From: Calothrix sp. NIES-2098
GTDB lineage: Bacteria > Cyanobacteriota > Cyanobacteriia > Cyanobacteriales > Nostocaceae
Direction of reading: 5' to 3'
DNA length: 64,000 bases
Assembly: GCA_002368175.1 (NCBI GenBank)
Contig: AP018172.1
Span: 93,599-157,598 of the forward strand
The translations under genes and the position numbers were made by a program. Shown here piece by piece: positions 1-8,860 of the stretch. The notes beneath the pieces are model-generated. The model did no database searches, was not told where the DNA came from, and saw nothing but the letters and a program-made list of their open reading frames with translations. Every line of letters starts with the position of its first letter. Position 1 is the stretch's first letter.

Positions 1-823
1 CCGCATTTTTCGCCATCAGTTTCATCACAAGATCGCACAGAACTTGAGGAATGGATGGTTCATTTTTAAATTGTGTAGCGTTTTGTGCTTCACGCAGGAT
101 ATTTTTAATTTTGCATCGATCTGGTTGTTTAGCAATATGAGAGTAAACTAACTCCATTGGATCGGATGTTACAAAAGGTAAATCTCCTGTCAATAACTCG
201 TAAAAAGTCACGCCTAGCGAATAAAAATCTGTACGATAATCAATGCCGCGATTCATTCTGCCAGTTTGTTCGGGAGAAATATAAGCTAGAGTTCCTTCTA
301 AAATATTAGGGTTTTGTAGTTGTTGGGTTTCTCGTGGTAATAATGAGGCGATAGAAAAGTCAATTAGTTTAACCTGTTTGGTTTGGGGGTGAATCAAAAT
401 ATTGGCAGGTTTAACATCTTTATAAATAATTCGTTTTTGGTGTAGTTCGCCAAGAGTTTGTGTAATTGTAATAGCTATGGGAAAAAATTCTTCTAGGGTT
501 AATTTACCTGAAGTAGTATAGTGATTCAGGTAACTGGATAAAGAGATACCACCATAATCTTCCATTACCAGAACATAGCCATTACCATATTCTTCCAGAC
601 TATATAGTTTGATAATGCCGTTGATATCGAGATTTGCAGCAATAGCGTACTGGTTACGAAACTGGATAATTTCGCTAAAGTTAGGAGATTCATTCTGCAT
701 CATCTTCAGGATCACAGGGTGCAAGTCTTGTTCTCTGATTCCCCGGTAAACAAGTGTTCTATTTCCTGCGTAGATTTGTTCGTCAATCCTATATCCTGGA
801 ATTTTTAACGATGCAGTCAGCAT
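1..823 (-). CDS. Serine/threonine protein kinase, N-terminal catalytic domain. Partial CDS: the C-terminal part continues beyond the window start.
   Basis: The minus-strand ORF is absent from the ORF track because it runs off the edge. Reverse-complement translation gives the ATG at 823-821 and the sequence MLTASLKIPGYRIDEQIYAGNRTLVYRGIREQDL...HQKRIIYKDVKPANILIHPQTKQVKLIDFSIA...LAYISPEQTGR...DFYSLGVTFYELLTG. These match Hanks kinase subdomains VIb (YKDVKPANIL), VII (DFS, a DFG variant) and VIII (ISPEQ). Confidence 0.8.
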   Translation of the reverse strand, partial: MLTASLKIPGYRIDEQIYAGNRTLVYRGIREQDLHPVILKMMQNESPNFSEIIQFRNQYAIAANLDINGIIKLYSLEEYGNGYVLVMEDYGGISLSSYLNHYTTSGKLTLEEFFPIAITITQTLGELHQKRIIYKDVKPANILIHPQTKQVKLIDFSIASLLPRETQQLQNPNILEGTLAYISPEQTGRMNRGIDYRTDFYSLGVTFYELLTGDLPFVTSDPMELVYSHIAKQPDRCKIKNILREAQNATQFKNEPSIPQVLCDLVMKLMAKNA

Positions 824-946
824 ATTGATAGAACCTAGCATTAATAACGTTTTAGCTATTAACTAGTGTTCCCATGAGGCTATGCTGTATAACAAAAATA
901 GTTTTTTCAGTAATTTCGATGCTTATCTAGTTAGCAACTAGCTGAC

Positions 947-1723
947 TTAGACAGCAGCGATCGCACAAACTTGTAAACCAACCGGTGTTTGAATAATTAC
1001 AGATTCCACCCCAAAGACTTGCGCGATCGCCTGGGGTGTGAGAACTGCTTCCGGTGTACCAATATCCCAGAGATGACCTTGTTTTAATAAAGCGATACGG
1101 GAACTATAGCGTGCAGCTAAGTTCAATTCATGTAATACAGTAACAATAGTTAATTCTTGTTGCTGATTAAGTTCTTTGAGTAATTCTAATAGCTGTAGTT
1201 GATAGTTAATATCTAAATAAGTTGTCGGTTCATCTAACAATAATACTTGCGGTTCTTGCGCCAATGCTAATGCTAAAAAAGCGCGTTGTCTCTCCCCGCC
1301 GGAAAGTTGTTCGATTAGGCGATCGCTAAATTTTTCTAGTTGCGTTTTGGCAATTGCTGCTTCTACTTTCTGCCTATCTTTAGCTGTTAATTCCCATTGC
1401 CACCAAGGTTGATGTGGTGTACGTCCCAAACTCACTAATTGCTGTACAGTTAAACCTACAGGAACAGTTTGTTGTTGGGGTAACAATGCTAATTTTTGTG
1501 CAACTAAATTTGGCGGTTGAGAGTGAATTGCCTTGCCATCAAGTAACACTATTCCCTGTTGTGGAATGAGAATGCGACTCAGCAATTTTAGTAATGTAGA
1601 CTTACCAGAACCATTAGCACCAACTAAACTTAACCATTCTCCTGTTTGTAGAGTCAGGTTAATATTTTGGATAATTGGTACAGTGCTGTAACCGCCTGTG
1701 AGATTTTGTAATTCAAGTGGCAT
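947..1723 (-). CDS. ABC transporter ATP-binding protein, FecE/BtuD family (iron-siderophore/cobalamin-type importer ATPase).
   Basis: Walker A GANGSGKSTLLKLL, ABC signature LSGGERQRAFLALAL and Walker B LLLDEPTTYLD are present. The gene sits immediately downstream of a FecCD permease gene on the same strand. Confidence 0.85.
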   Translation of the reverse strand: MPLELQNLTGGYSTVPIIQNINLTLQTGEWLSLVGANGSGKSTLLKLLSRILIPQQGIVLLDGKAIHSQPPNLVAQKLALLPQQQTVPVGLTVQQLVSLGRTPHQPWWQWELTAKDRQKVEAAIAKTQLEKFSDRLIEQLSGGERQRAFLALALAQEPQVLLLDEPTTYLDINYQLQLLELLKELNQQQELTIVTVLHELNLAARYSSRIALLKQGHLWDIGTPEAVLTPQAIAQVFGVESVIIQTPVGLQVCAIAAV

Positions 1724-1773
1724 TTTTAATTGGTTATTTGTCTTTTTTATTCATCTTTTTGTCCCTTCATACT

Positions 1774-2796
1774 TTAATCACCAGTCTCTTTGAAACCAGC
1801 CGAACGGCGATAAAGTAACCAGATAAATAACGGCGAACCCAGCAAAGCGGTGACGGAACCTACTGGTAATTCTATAGCTCCCAATCTAGAGAGTAAATCG
1901 GCAAAGATGAGCAACCATGCACCAGCCAGTGCGGAAAGCGGTAAAACAAAGCGATGATCTGTACCGACAATTAAGCGAACACCGTGGGGAACCACAAGAC
2001 CAACAAACCCAATTAAGCCACTGATGCTGACTGCACCTGCGGCGAGTAAAGTTGCAACACCACCAATTAACAAACGCGATCGCGTTAATGATACTCCCAA
2101 ACCCAAAGCCAAATCATCTCCCAAAGCCAAAACATTGAGCGATCGCGCTAGCAAACATCCCCCCAACAATGCCACGATAATGTAAGGGCCAGCAGTAATA
2201 ATTTCTTTCCAACCTCGCCCATTTAAGCTACCAACTAGCCAGTTAAGTGCAATTTGAATTTGACCGTCTTCAGCTAACAACAATAATGTACTTTGTACTG
2301 CACCAAATAAAGAACTCACCGCTACTCCGCCTAAAATCAAGCGTTCCACAGCAATTCCCGACCCCGCACGACCGAGAAAAATAACTATAGCTGAAGTTAC
2401 AATTGCTCCCAGCCAAGCCGCCAAAGGAATAGCAGCCGGAAAGATTTGCAACACTACCATAACTATGACAATTAGCCCTGCGCCTGCGGAAATCCCTAAA
2501 ATAAAGGGATCGGCAAGACTATTGCGTAACATTCCTTGCAGCAGTGCGCCAGACATTCCCAAAGCTGCACCAACAATTAAAGCGGCTATAATACGCGGGA
2601 GTCGTAAATCCCAGAGAATTGTCTGCTTAATAGGATCGCCTTGGTGAAGAATTGCTTGCCACAATTCACTTCCACTCAACGGTACTGCGCCTTGAGAAAC
2701 AGAAATTCCCAGCGTTACTATCAGTGCTGTAACTAATAATAAAACCGCCCAGAGTAGACGGTGTTTCGGAAAAATTGTCTGCAATAATTTATTCAT
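1774..2796 (-). CDS. FecCD-family ABC transporter permease (iron-siderophore/B12-type importer).
   Basis: The 340-aa protein is a polytopic membrane protein with a typical FecCD/BtuC region (RLPRIIAALIVGAALGMSGALLQG). The arrangement is an operon with the downstream ATPase. Confidence 0.85.
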   Translation of the reverse strand: MNKLLQTIFPKHRLLWAVLLLVTALIVTLGISVSQGAVPLSGSELWQAILHQGDPIKQTILWDLRLPRIIAALIVGAALGMSGALLQGMLRNSLADPFILGISAGAGLIVIVMVVLQIFPAAIPLAAWLGAIVTSAIVIFLGRAGSGIAVERLILGGVAVSSLFGAVQSTLLLLAEDGQIQIALNWLVGSLNGRGWKEIITAGPYIIVALLGGCLLARSLNVLALGDDLALGLGVSLTRSRLLIGGVATLLAAGAVSISGLIGFVGLVVPHGVRLIVGTDHRFVLPLSALAGAWLLIFADLLSRLGAIELPVGSVTALLGSPLFIWLLYRRSAGFKETGD

Positions 2797-3024
2797 CTCT
2801 ATGATTGAGCATTAGCCTAGCAGCCATGAGTTGCATAACTTTTGTAATACAAATATCACTAGTCATTCACGCTTTAGTTTTGGCAAAACCTAGCGGGAAA
2901 ATCTTAACTCAATGACAAAGCGCAAAGTCGAGCCAGTGCGTTCCTGTCGCCTTGCGTCGGAAAGCAACTGGCGTGGAGCGCCGGCTTCCGGCGAACAGAA
3001 CTTTGTAAGAGAGGACAAATCAAA

Positions 3025-3717
3025 TTATTGATGAACTGCACCATCAGGCATAATGGCTCCAGCTAAATTAGCGCCGATTAGTTTAACCAAAAGGCGCTCG
3101 CCAGAGCGAATCCGCGCGCCTGTCAAGTCGGCTCCCCGCAAGTCAGCACCGCTAAGATCTGCTCCGATTAAATTAGCCGAGCGCAAATTGGCTTCTCGGA
3201 GATCGGCTAAAAGTAGATTAGCTCTAAATAGATTTGCTTCCGATAAATTTGCACCTCTTAAATTTACTTTGTGCATAAAAGTATCGCTGAGATTCGCACC
3301 ACTCAAATTGGCAAAACTCAGGTTTCTTCCCGATAAATCTTTGTTGCTTAAATTTGCCCTACTAAAATCTTGTCCACTCAAATCAGGATTTTTTGGTGGT
3401 TGTTGATAGGGTGTTTCAGGTGGCTTTTTCGGTTGAGGTGGCGGCGAGTAAGTTGTATGTTGAGTATTTTGAGTATGCTGTGTATGTTGCTTATGATGTG
3501 TATGTTGATGCTTAAGTTTGAACGAACGCAATTTATCGCGTGCTTCGTTGAATGCCTTAATTTTTTCTTGTGCTTTTTGTTGTAAACGGTGATTGTCTTG
3601 GGGAATGCGATCGGGATGCCATACAAAGACCAAATCTTTATAAGCCTGGTTCACTTCCTCAAGTGTGGCACCAGGCTCTAATTCCAAGACTCTATAATAC
3701 CGTTCCAACTCGCTCAT
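3025..3717 (-). CDS. J-domain (DnaJ-like, HPD motif) protein fused to a His/Gln/Thr/Pro-rich linker and C-terminal pentapeptide repeats.
   Basis: The N-terminus YYRVLELEPGATLEEVNQAYKDLVFVWHPDRIP is a J domain with the HPD motif. It is followed by an HTQHTQ...PPPQPKKPP linker. The C-terminal ~110 aa are A(N/D)LXX pentapeptide repeats (ANLSGANLSD, ANLSEANLFRANLLLADLREANLRSANL...). Confidence 0.75.
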   Translation of the reverse strand: MSELERYYRVLELEPGATLEEVNQAYKDLVFVWHPDRIPQDNHRLQQKAQEKIKAFNEARDKLRSFKLKHQHTHHKQHTQHTQNTQHTTYSPPPQPKKPPETPYQQPPKNPDLSGQDFSRANLSNKDLSGRNLSFANLSGANLSDTFMHKVNLRGANLSEANLFRANLLLADLREANLRSANLIGADLSGADLRGADLTGARIRSGERLLVKLIGANLAGAIMPDGAVHQ

Positions 3718-4411
3718 AAGATGTTTTCGTGGACATTCAAGTTAATTATCAGTGATGCATCCCTCTATTGGCTTAATTCTTTATTAAATCTCTATTTACT
3801 TGTACTATTTAATAACACATATAATTCGAGTTTTTGAGTGCCAATGGAAGTAGTTTTAGCTATCTGGCTAGCCCAATATATTAATTGAGCCACAGTAGCC
3901 TTTATCTCAAAAAAAGTTATATTAATATGCTAACTGATAGAGTACGGCAATTTTATCAGGTGCATCAGTTATTGTAAAAGCTACTTAATATAGTGTTTTT
4001 GTCATATTTTTCTACTCCTTTAAGATTATCTAAAAACGATCGCAACTAGTTTTGTTGCTCAATTTGATGATGAGGGAGTTAGTGAAACTCCTACGATCGT
4101 CAATAACAAGCCAGATATTATATTTGTTGACTGCTGATTCTGTACTTACGCACAGAGTAGGCAAATTTCACCCTTTCGCCAAACCTGAAACGAGAGACAG
4201 GGTATTTCTGTTGCAACTGCTTGTATAGCGAACTCTTACAGCAGAAGACTTTCACACAGTTATTATACAAGCCAAGAGTGACTAACTCAGTCCATCAATA
4301 ACTTTTCTGTTGGCAAACCACTCTTAGTAGTCGGCTTTATGGGACTTTTCTAGAATTTCCCCTTTAGCCAATAGTTATTATTGATTTTTCTTTATCTTCC
4401 TATCTTTCCAT

Positions 4412-4897
4412 CTATCCATTTCTCCATCGATTAATAGCTCTTAAATAAGCTGCCACTGGAATTTGATAAACTTCAATAAAAATCCAAACAATAATTGCTA
4501 AATGTAACAGAAAAGTTAATATAGTCCAGATATATGGTATCCAAGTAATAAGTTCGTGTGGAGATGGGGGAAAATTGTAAGCCACAATCCCAATTAAAGT
4601 TGTGGGCAAAAGTATAAAAGCGATCGCTGCTAACCCATAACCCCAACCCAGTTCCACTCCTTCTAACTGAGCTTCTGTCCAGCTAAAACCATTCCAACGC
4701 CAAACTAAGGGCGGTTGCCGAGAAGGCATCTTGATTTGCTGTTGTTCTAGGTTGACAGTAAAAATCTCTTGACAAAAGTCACAAGCCATCGCTTCCATTA
4801 ATGGCATATGAGTAATTTTACCAACGCGACAGACTGGGCAAGGGTAAACTCCGTGATAATCGAAAGATGTGGCTAGAATTTTAGAACGAGGCATCAT
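4412..4897 (-). CDS. Hypothetical membrane protein with an N-terminal Cys4 zinc-ribbon-like motif.
   Basis: The ORF is 161 aa. It has CPVC...CDFC near the N-terminus and two or three hydrophobic helices in the C-terminal half. No recognisable catalytic motif. Confidence 0.45.
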   Translation of the reverse strand: MMPRSKILATSFDYHGVYPCPVCRVGKITHMPLMEAMACDFCQEIFTVNLEQQQIKMPSRQPPLVWRWNGFSWTEAQLEGVELGWGYGLAAIAFILLPTTLIGIVAYNFPPSPHELITWIPYIWTILTFLLHLAIIVWIFIEVYQIPVAAYLRAINRWRNG

Positions 4898-5187
4898 AAA
4901 ACCTAGTAGCGCTAATAAGGTGATTGGGCTGCTGGGAAATTTTACGAGAATAATGAATTGTCCGATTTCTGAAGGTTCATCAATATCCCTTTACCCATGA
5001 CCCAAAATACTTGTAACTTTATATAATTTTTACGGTTATACGTCAGGAAAACGTCTTGACAGGCGCAATAGTACTGAGTTTAACCCTTTTTGGGGAGTTG
5101 TGGAGGTATTGACGCCACCAACTGCGTCTGTTATCTTGGCTTATATATAAGGTTTACATCAAAATAATCTACTTGCGCACAATAAAA

Positions 5188-5244
5188 ATGTTCAACAGCA
5201 AATCTTACTTTTATTTTTGGTTTAAGGCGGTTCACCGGCGGTGA
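5188..5244 (+). promoter_or_regulatory. Candidate leader peptide 1 (18 aa, MFNSKSYFYFWFKAVHRR) with six consecutive aromatic codons. Proposed to be an aromatic-amino-acid attenuation leader ORF.
   Basis: ATG at 5188 and TGA at 5242. Codons 7-12 read Tyr-Phe-Tyr-Phe-Trp-Phe. The ORF's 3' end (5227-5238) is the 5' arm of a 12-bp antiterminator stem that competes with terminator 1. No strong SD precedes it. Confidence 0.45.
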
Positions 5245-5276
5245 ATTAAGTTTCCTAATGGAAACCGCCCGGTGAA

Positions 5277-5303
5277 CCGCAGAGCCAACTCTGCGGTTTT
5301 TTT
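5277..5303 (+). terminator. Intrinsic terminator hairpin 1 (8-bp stem ccgcagag/ctctgcgg, loop ccaa, followed by 7 T). It overlaps the alternative antiterminator stem 5227-5238:5269-5280.
   Basis: GC-rich stem plus U-run read directly from the sequence. The stem's 5' side shares nucleotides 5277-5280 with the perfect 12-bp pairing gcggttcaccgg/ccggtgaaccgc, so the two structures are mutually exclusive. Confidence 0.55.
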
Positions 5304-5326
5304 GTTTTTAGGAGTATTTCATCGTC

Positions 5327-5389
5327 ATGGCCTATTTCGGTAGTTGGTTTTACGGCTTTTACTTTTGGCCCAGAGCAAGTTCCGGGTAG
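5327..5389 (+). promoter_or_regulatory. Candidate leader peptide 2 (20 aa, MAYFGSWFYGFYFWPRASSG) with 9 of 20 residues aromatic, preceded by an SD.
   Basis: AGGAG at 5310-5314 lies 12 nt upstream of the ATG at 5327; the stop TAG is at 5387-5389. The ORF end agttccggg (5378-5386) can pair with cccggaac (5419-5426), the 5' arm of terminator 2, forming an antiterminator. Confidence 0.5.
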
Positions 5390-5418
5390 ATAGCGTCATG
5401 CCGATGATTTAGAACGCG

Positions 5419-5453
5419 CCCGGAACTCTCAAGATGAGATTCCGGGTTTTTTT
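5419..5453 (+). terminator. Intrinsic terminator hairpin 2 (cccggaa...ttccggg stem followed by T8), about 45 nt upstream of the DAHP synthase start.
   Basis: A 7-bp perfect stem plus extension with a 7-nt loop, then TTTTTTTT at 5447-5454. It is mutually exclusive with the pairing to the leader ORF 2 end. Confidence 0.6.
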
Positions 5454-5498
5454 GTTAACAACTTCACTCTCATCACGTCAAACAAGGAGAATCTCACA

Positions 5499-6371
5499 AT
5501 GATTAATGCTCAACTCGCTGCTCAATCCCATCCTCACCACCAAACAATCGTCAAACTCTCAGAAACAGTCAGCTTCGGGGGAGAAGAGATAGTCATTATT
5601 GGTGGCCCCTGCACTGTTGAAAGCTTAGAGCAGATGGAAACAGTCGCCCAAAAGTTAGCCGCTGCACCCGTACAGGCTTTGCGGGGTGGTGTCTACAAAC
5701 CGCGGACATCTCCTTATGCTTTCCAAGGCATGGGTGAAGAAGGACTAGAAATTTTAGCGGCAGTGCGATCGCGCTACAATATCCCAGTTGTGACTGAAGT
5801 CATGTCAATTGCCCAAATTGAAATAGTGGCAGCTCGCGCTGATATGCTGCAAATTGGTAGCCGGAATATGCAAAACTTCGACTTGCTCAAAGCTTTGGGA
5901 CAAGCCAACAAGCCAATACTACTCAAGCGCGGTTTAGCGGCGACAATTGAAGAATTCGTCATGGCAGCTGAATATATTTTGAGCCACGGTAATCCTGATG
6001 TGGTACTTTGTGAAAGAGGGATTCGTAGCTTTGATAATTACACCCGCAATGTACTTGACTTAGGAGCAGTAGCAGCTCTCAAGCAAATTACTCATCTACC
6101 AGTGATTGTAGATCCATCCCATGCCGTAGGTAAACGAGAATTAGTAGCACCTATGGCTAAGGCTGCTGTTGCTTGTGGAGCAGATGGCTTAATTATCGAG
6201 TGTCATCCCCAACCAGAAAAGTCTGTTTCCGATGCACGTCAAGCACTATCTTTAGAAGATATGGTGAATTTGGTTGATAGTTTAAAGCCTATAGCCGCAG
6301 CAGTTGGGCGGAATATATCAGAATCTATCGGGGTAGGTTTAAAAACAGCCCCGATTTTTTGTGCTGCTTAA
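5499..6371 (+). CDS. aroF: 3-deoxy-7-phosphoheptulonate (DAHP) synthase, class I-beta (AroF/KDO8PS-like short form).
   Basis: The 290-aa protein has [30 protein letters not shown] and DPSHA motifs typical of the Thermotoga/Pyrococcus-type DAHPS. An SD (AGGAG) at 5485-5489 precedes the ATG at 5499. Confidence 0.85.
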   Translation: MINAQLAAQSHPHHQTIVKLSETVSFGGEEIVIIGGPCTVESLEQMETVAQKLAAAPVQALRGGVYKPRTSPYAFQGMGEEGLEILAAVRSRYNIPVVTEVMSIAQIEIVAARADMLQIGSRNMQNFDLLKALGQANKPILLKRGLAATIEEFVMAAEYILSHGNPDVVLCERGIRSFDNYTRNVLDLGAVAALKQITHLPVIVDPSHAVGKRELVAPMAKAAVACGADGLIIECHPQPEKSVSDARQALSLEDMVNLVDSLKPIAAAVGRNISESIGVGLKTAPIFCAA

Positions 6372-6680
6372 ATTTTAGAAAAAATCTAAGTAACGGACTG
6401 ACACAGCTAAAATAATGCACTAAAAAATGTTCGTAGTTGCGCTTTAGCGCCTTCTAAACAATAAATTTAATGCCAAACTTTAGTTGTGTCACACCAGTAG
6501 CGCGCAATGCTCTAACCCAATGCACCAAAACCTTTGAATAGTGCGTTATGTCAAAAGCTAACGCAACGACAATAAAGCAAAAGCAACATCCACACTGCTT
6601 TTTGCCTCCCTATATGTATTCAAAAATCAAATATTAAGTCATAAATTTCTGTCTTGAAAAAAAGTCACAAGGCAGGGGAA

Positions 6681-6928
6681 TAGCAATTGATTACTCCAAA
6701 ATCGCAAATGTAGTATCAAAAATCGCAAATGTAGTATGCGAAACGGCAATTGAGTACTCGAAAATCGCAATTGATGACTCCGAAATAGCAATTGATCGCT
6801 CCGAAATGGCAATTGATTGCCCCGAAATAGTAATTGAGTACTCCAAAATGGCAAATGTGGTATGCGAAACAGCAACTGAGTACTCGAAAATCGCAATTGT
6901 GACTACCAAAATAGTAATTGCGGCTAGC
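6681..6928. repeat. Tandem array of about 12 copies of a 21-22-bp unit, approximately GAAAT(N)GCAATTG(N5)TCC, with a palindromic CAATTG core. Same family as 30275-30483.
   Basis: The periodicity was read directly, for example gaaatagcaattgatcgctcc/gaaatggcaattgattgcccc/gaaatagtaattgagtactcc. ORFs called here on both strands (6639-6896, 6691-6909) are artefacts of the repeat. Confidence 0.8.
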
Positions 6929-6959
6929 TATCCATCAAGAAGGCATCATTCTTTATAAT

Positions 6960-8210
6960 TAGGACTTACGCAATTGGCACAAATAGCAGGCAGGGCAAAG
7001 CCCTGACACGCGACAATATAAATCAAACCAAGCACATAAAAATACTTGGGCGCTTCAGTTGCTGAATTAAATAATTAGAAAGCAAGTTATGCTTGATTTG
7101 ATAGATAGTTTTGCCAGTTCTATAGGCTAAATTCTTTAACCTAACCCAAACCAACATTGCACAAGCAATATGATTTCTTTGGAGTCTAGCTTTCCGACAC
7201 TGGCAAGATTCAATGCCAGTTAGTTGTTTAATTTCCCTGTGAAACTCCTCTATTTTCCAACGAATTTTACACACCTGTTGTACAACATCCGTGGAACTTT
7301 GAGATAAATCGTTAGTGGCGACATAATCCGTTCTGTTGGTAGAAACAGTAACCCGGAATAGTTTCACTTTTTTATTAGCTGGGAATCCTTTAATTTTTAT
7401 GATTTTACCACAGTCTAATTCTTCTTGGTTCCATTCTAATAATTCAATCCGTTTATATTTTTCTTGACCAAATGTATCATCAACTAAACGATTATTTTTT
7501 AAAGGGCAATAATAAATTTTGTCTAAGCTATCAATATATAGCATTAAACTGTGTACCGCATACCATGTATCCATCAAAACAGTATCAAATGGTAAAAGCT
7601 TATGATACACAAGGTTTTGGAGCATATCTTTCACATGGTCTATCTTGGTTTTCCCATCGACATCAGGATTAAAAATTCGATAATCTATGACCCAAAATCT
7701 TTGAAGTGTAGGGTTGACATACACGCAGCTAACTACACCAATGCCTTTCAGGACACCATGCTCATTACCACTATATTGTCTTCTGACTATTTCTATTTCT
7801 TCAGAATACTTTTTATCTAAAACGCTATCATCAAATATGATGTAACCATTTTCATCAGACTCAACGACCTCTTTCACGTTATCCCATAGTAAACGAGGTG
7901 TTAATTTTTCGGTTTTCAAATAATAGTTAATTGCGTCATGACTAATACTCTCTAAATGCTCTGCCAAATTGGTAATTGTATAATTAATTTGACTACTTAA
8001 TAAATATTGGCAGTAATTAAGCTTAGTAAATCTCATTACCCTTAGCGAAATTTATCTAATATAACCTCTACCTATTTTCTCACGAATATTTCGATAGTAC
8101 TTCCAAGACAGCGACTTCTATTACGAAGGCAAAGCTTTCAAAATCAGATTTAATTAATACATATGTACTATGAACTAACGATCGCATTGTGCCAGTTGCG
8201 TAAGTCCTGA
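6960..8210 (-). mobile_element. Insertion sequence copy A (1251 bp) with an imperfect ~22-bp terminal inverted repeat TAGGACTTACGCAA(T/C)TGGCACAA and a 4-bp direct repeat TAAT at both flanks.
   Basis: The element is identical to the copy at 42904-44154 in inverted orientation. Its ends were defined by where the two copies diverge from their flanks. TAAT occurs at 6956-6959 and again at 8211-8214. Confidence 0.8.
7023..8036 (-). CDS. DDE transposase of the IS (337 aa), IS4/IS5-superfamily-like.
   Basis: Candidate DDE residues: D in IIFDDSVLDKKY, D in TVLMDTWYAVH, and E in WKIEEFHREIKQLTG (the YREK-like region). The protein is 100 percent identical to the ORF at 43078-44091. Confidence 0.8.
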   Translation of the reverse strand: MRFTKLNYCQYLLSSQINYTITNLAEHLESISHDAINYYLKTEKLTPRLLWDNVKEVVESDENGYIIFDDSVLDKKYSEEIEIVRRQYSGNEHGVLKGIGVVSCVYVNPTLQRFWVIDYRIFNPDVDGKTKIDHVKDMLQNLVYHKLLPFDTVLMDTWYAVHSLMLYIDSLDKIYYCPLKNNRLVDDTFGQEKYKRIELLEWNQEELDCGKIIKIKGFPANKKVKLFRVTVSTNRTDYVATNDLSQSSTDVVQQVCKIRWKIEEFHREIKQLTGIESCQCRKARLQRNHIACAMLVWVRLKNLAYRTGKTIYQIKHNLLSNYLIQQLKRPSIFMCLV

Positions 8211-8860
8211 TAATTCCTAGCTTCAAAACATTGAGAAAAAACTAACAAACAGCAAATAAGCTGCTAAATAAATCACTTATAGAGATTGCATCACTCTAAA
8301 GATAGGTACTTGAGTGAAACTTTGCAAAATCAAGCATTCTTTATCTTAGCTTTATAGATAATTGTGATTTTCTAATCAGCCTTTGTATAATCTTGAGTTT
8401 CATTATTGATACTTCAAATACTTAAAGTAGGCTCGGTGTATTTTATTTACTGTGCTATAACAGAATGAACGTCTGTAATTCTCTTCAGAGCGATCGGTGT
8501 TGCAACTACCTGCTTAATAGCTGTATTTTATACATTAAAAATAAAACACTGACTTAATATTTTCTTGATAAAGCCAGAATTGAAGCTCTAAAAGCCCTTT
8601 ATTTTAAAGCATTTGAGAGACTTTATCCGAACTTTATGGACTAATGTATTGTTTTTATAAACACTTTACGTAAATAAAGAGTATTTACGTAGATAATGGA
8701 AATATCTGCGACAATTAGATTAAGAAGTCCTGATTTTTGCTAGTAGCAGCAAATACAAATAAGGACGTAAATGTTTACTAGCCCCTGAAGAGTTAGTGCT
8801 TGCGACTCATGAAGAAAGTTTGCAGATAGCAAAAATCTAGTAATTCTGGATGAGAAAATT

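Noticed and set aside
2465-2647. Antisense and overlapping short ORFs inside well-supported genes. Examples: 2465-2647, 3053-3406, 3370-3626, 5774-5962, 7472-7820, 9202-9420, 12994-13182, 13478-13663, 18171-18383, 20282-20533, 21443-22116, 25531-27202, 28066-29421, 32445-33403, 35837-36961, 37667-38477, 48124-48742, 49136-49378, 50574-50915, 53203-53959, 55182-55373, 56317-56667, 59276-59580, 60094-61862, 62083-63082.
   Set aside because: They lie opposite or out of frame with longer ORFs that have clear homology. Composition is low-complexity or Arg/Ser-rich, typical of antisense frames in GC-skewed coding DNA. No independent support.
2797-3024. Cobalamin riboswitch upstream of the FecCD/BtuCD-like importer.
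   Set aside because: Only a partial resemblance (GGAAGCCGG). The B12 box and GCCACTG elements could not be aligned by eye. Kept as a low-interest structured leader, not called as a riboswitch.
6639-6909. ORFs of 85 and 72 aa on the minus strand (and similar ones at 30217-30527 on both strands) with heptad repeats such as IAISESSIAIFEYS and RLQLPFRRLQL.
   Set aside because: They lie entirely within 21-bp tandem repeat arrays, and all frames are open because the unit is a multiple of 3. They have no start context and give different peptides per frame. Treated as repeat artefacts.
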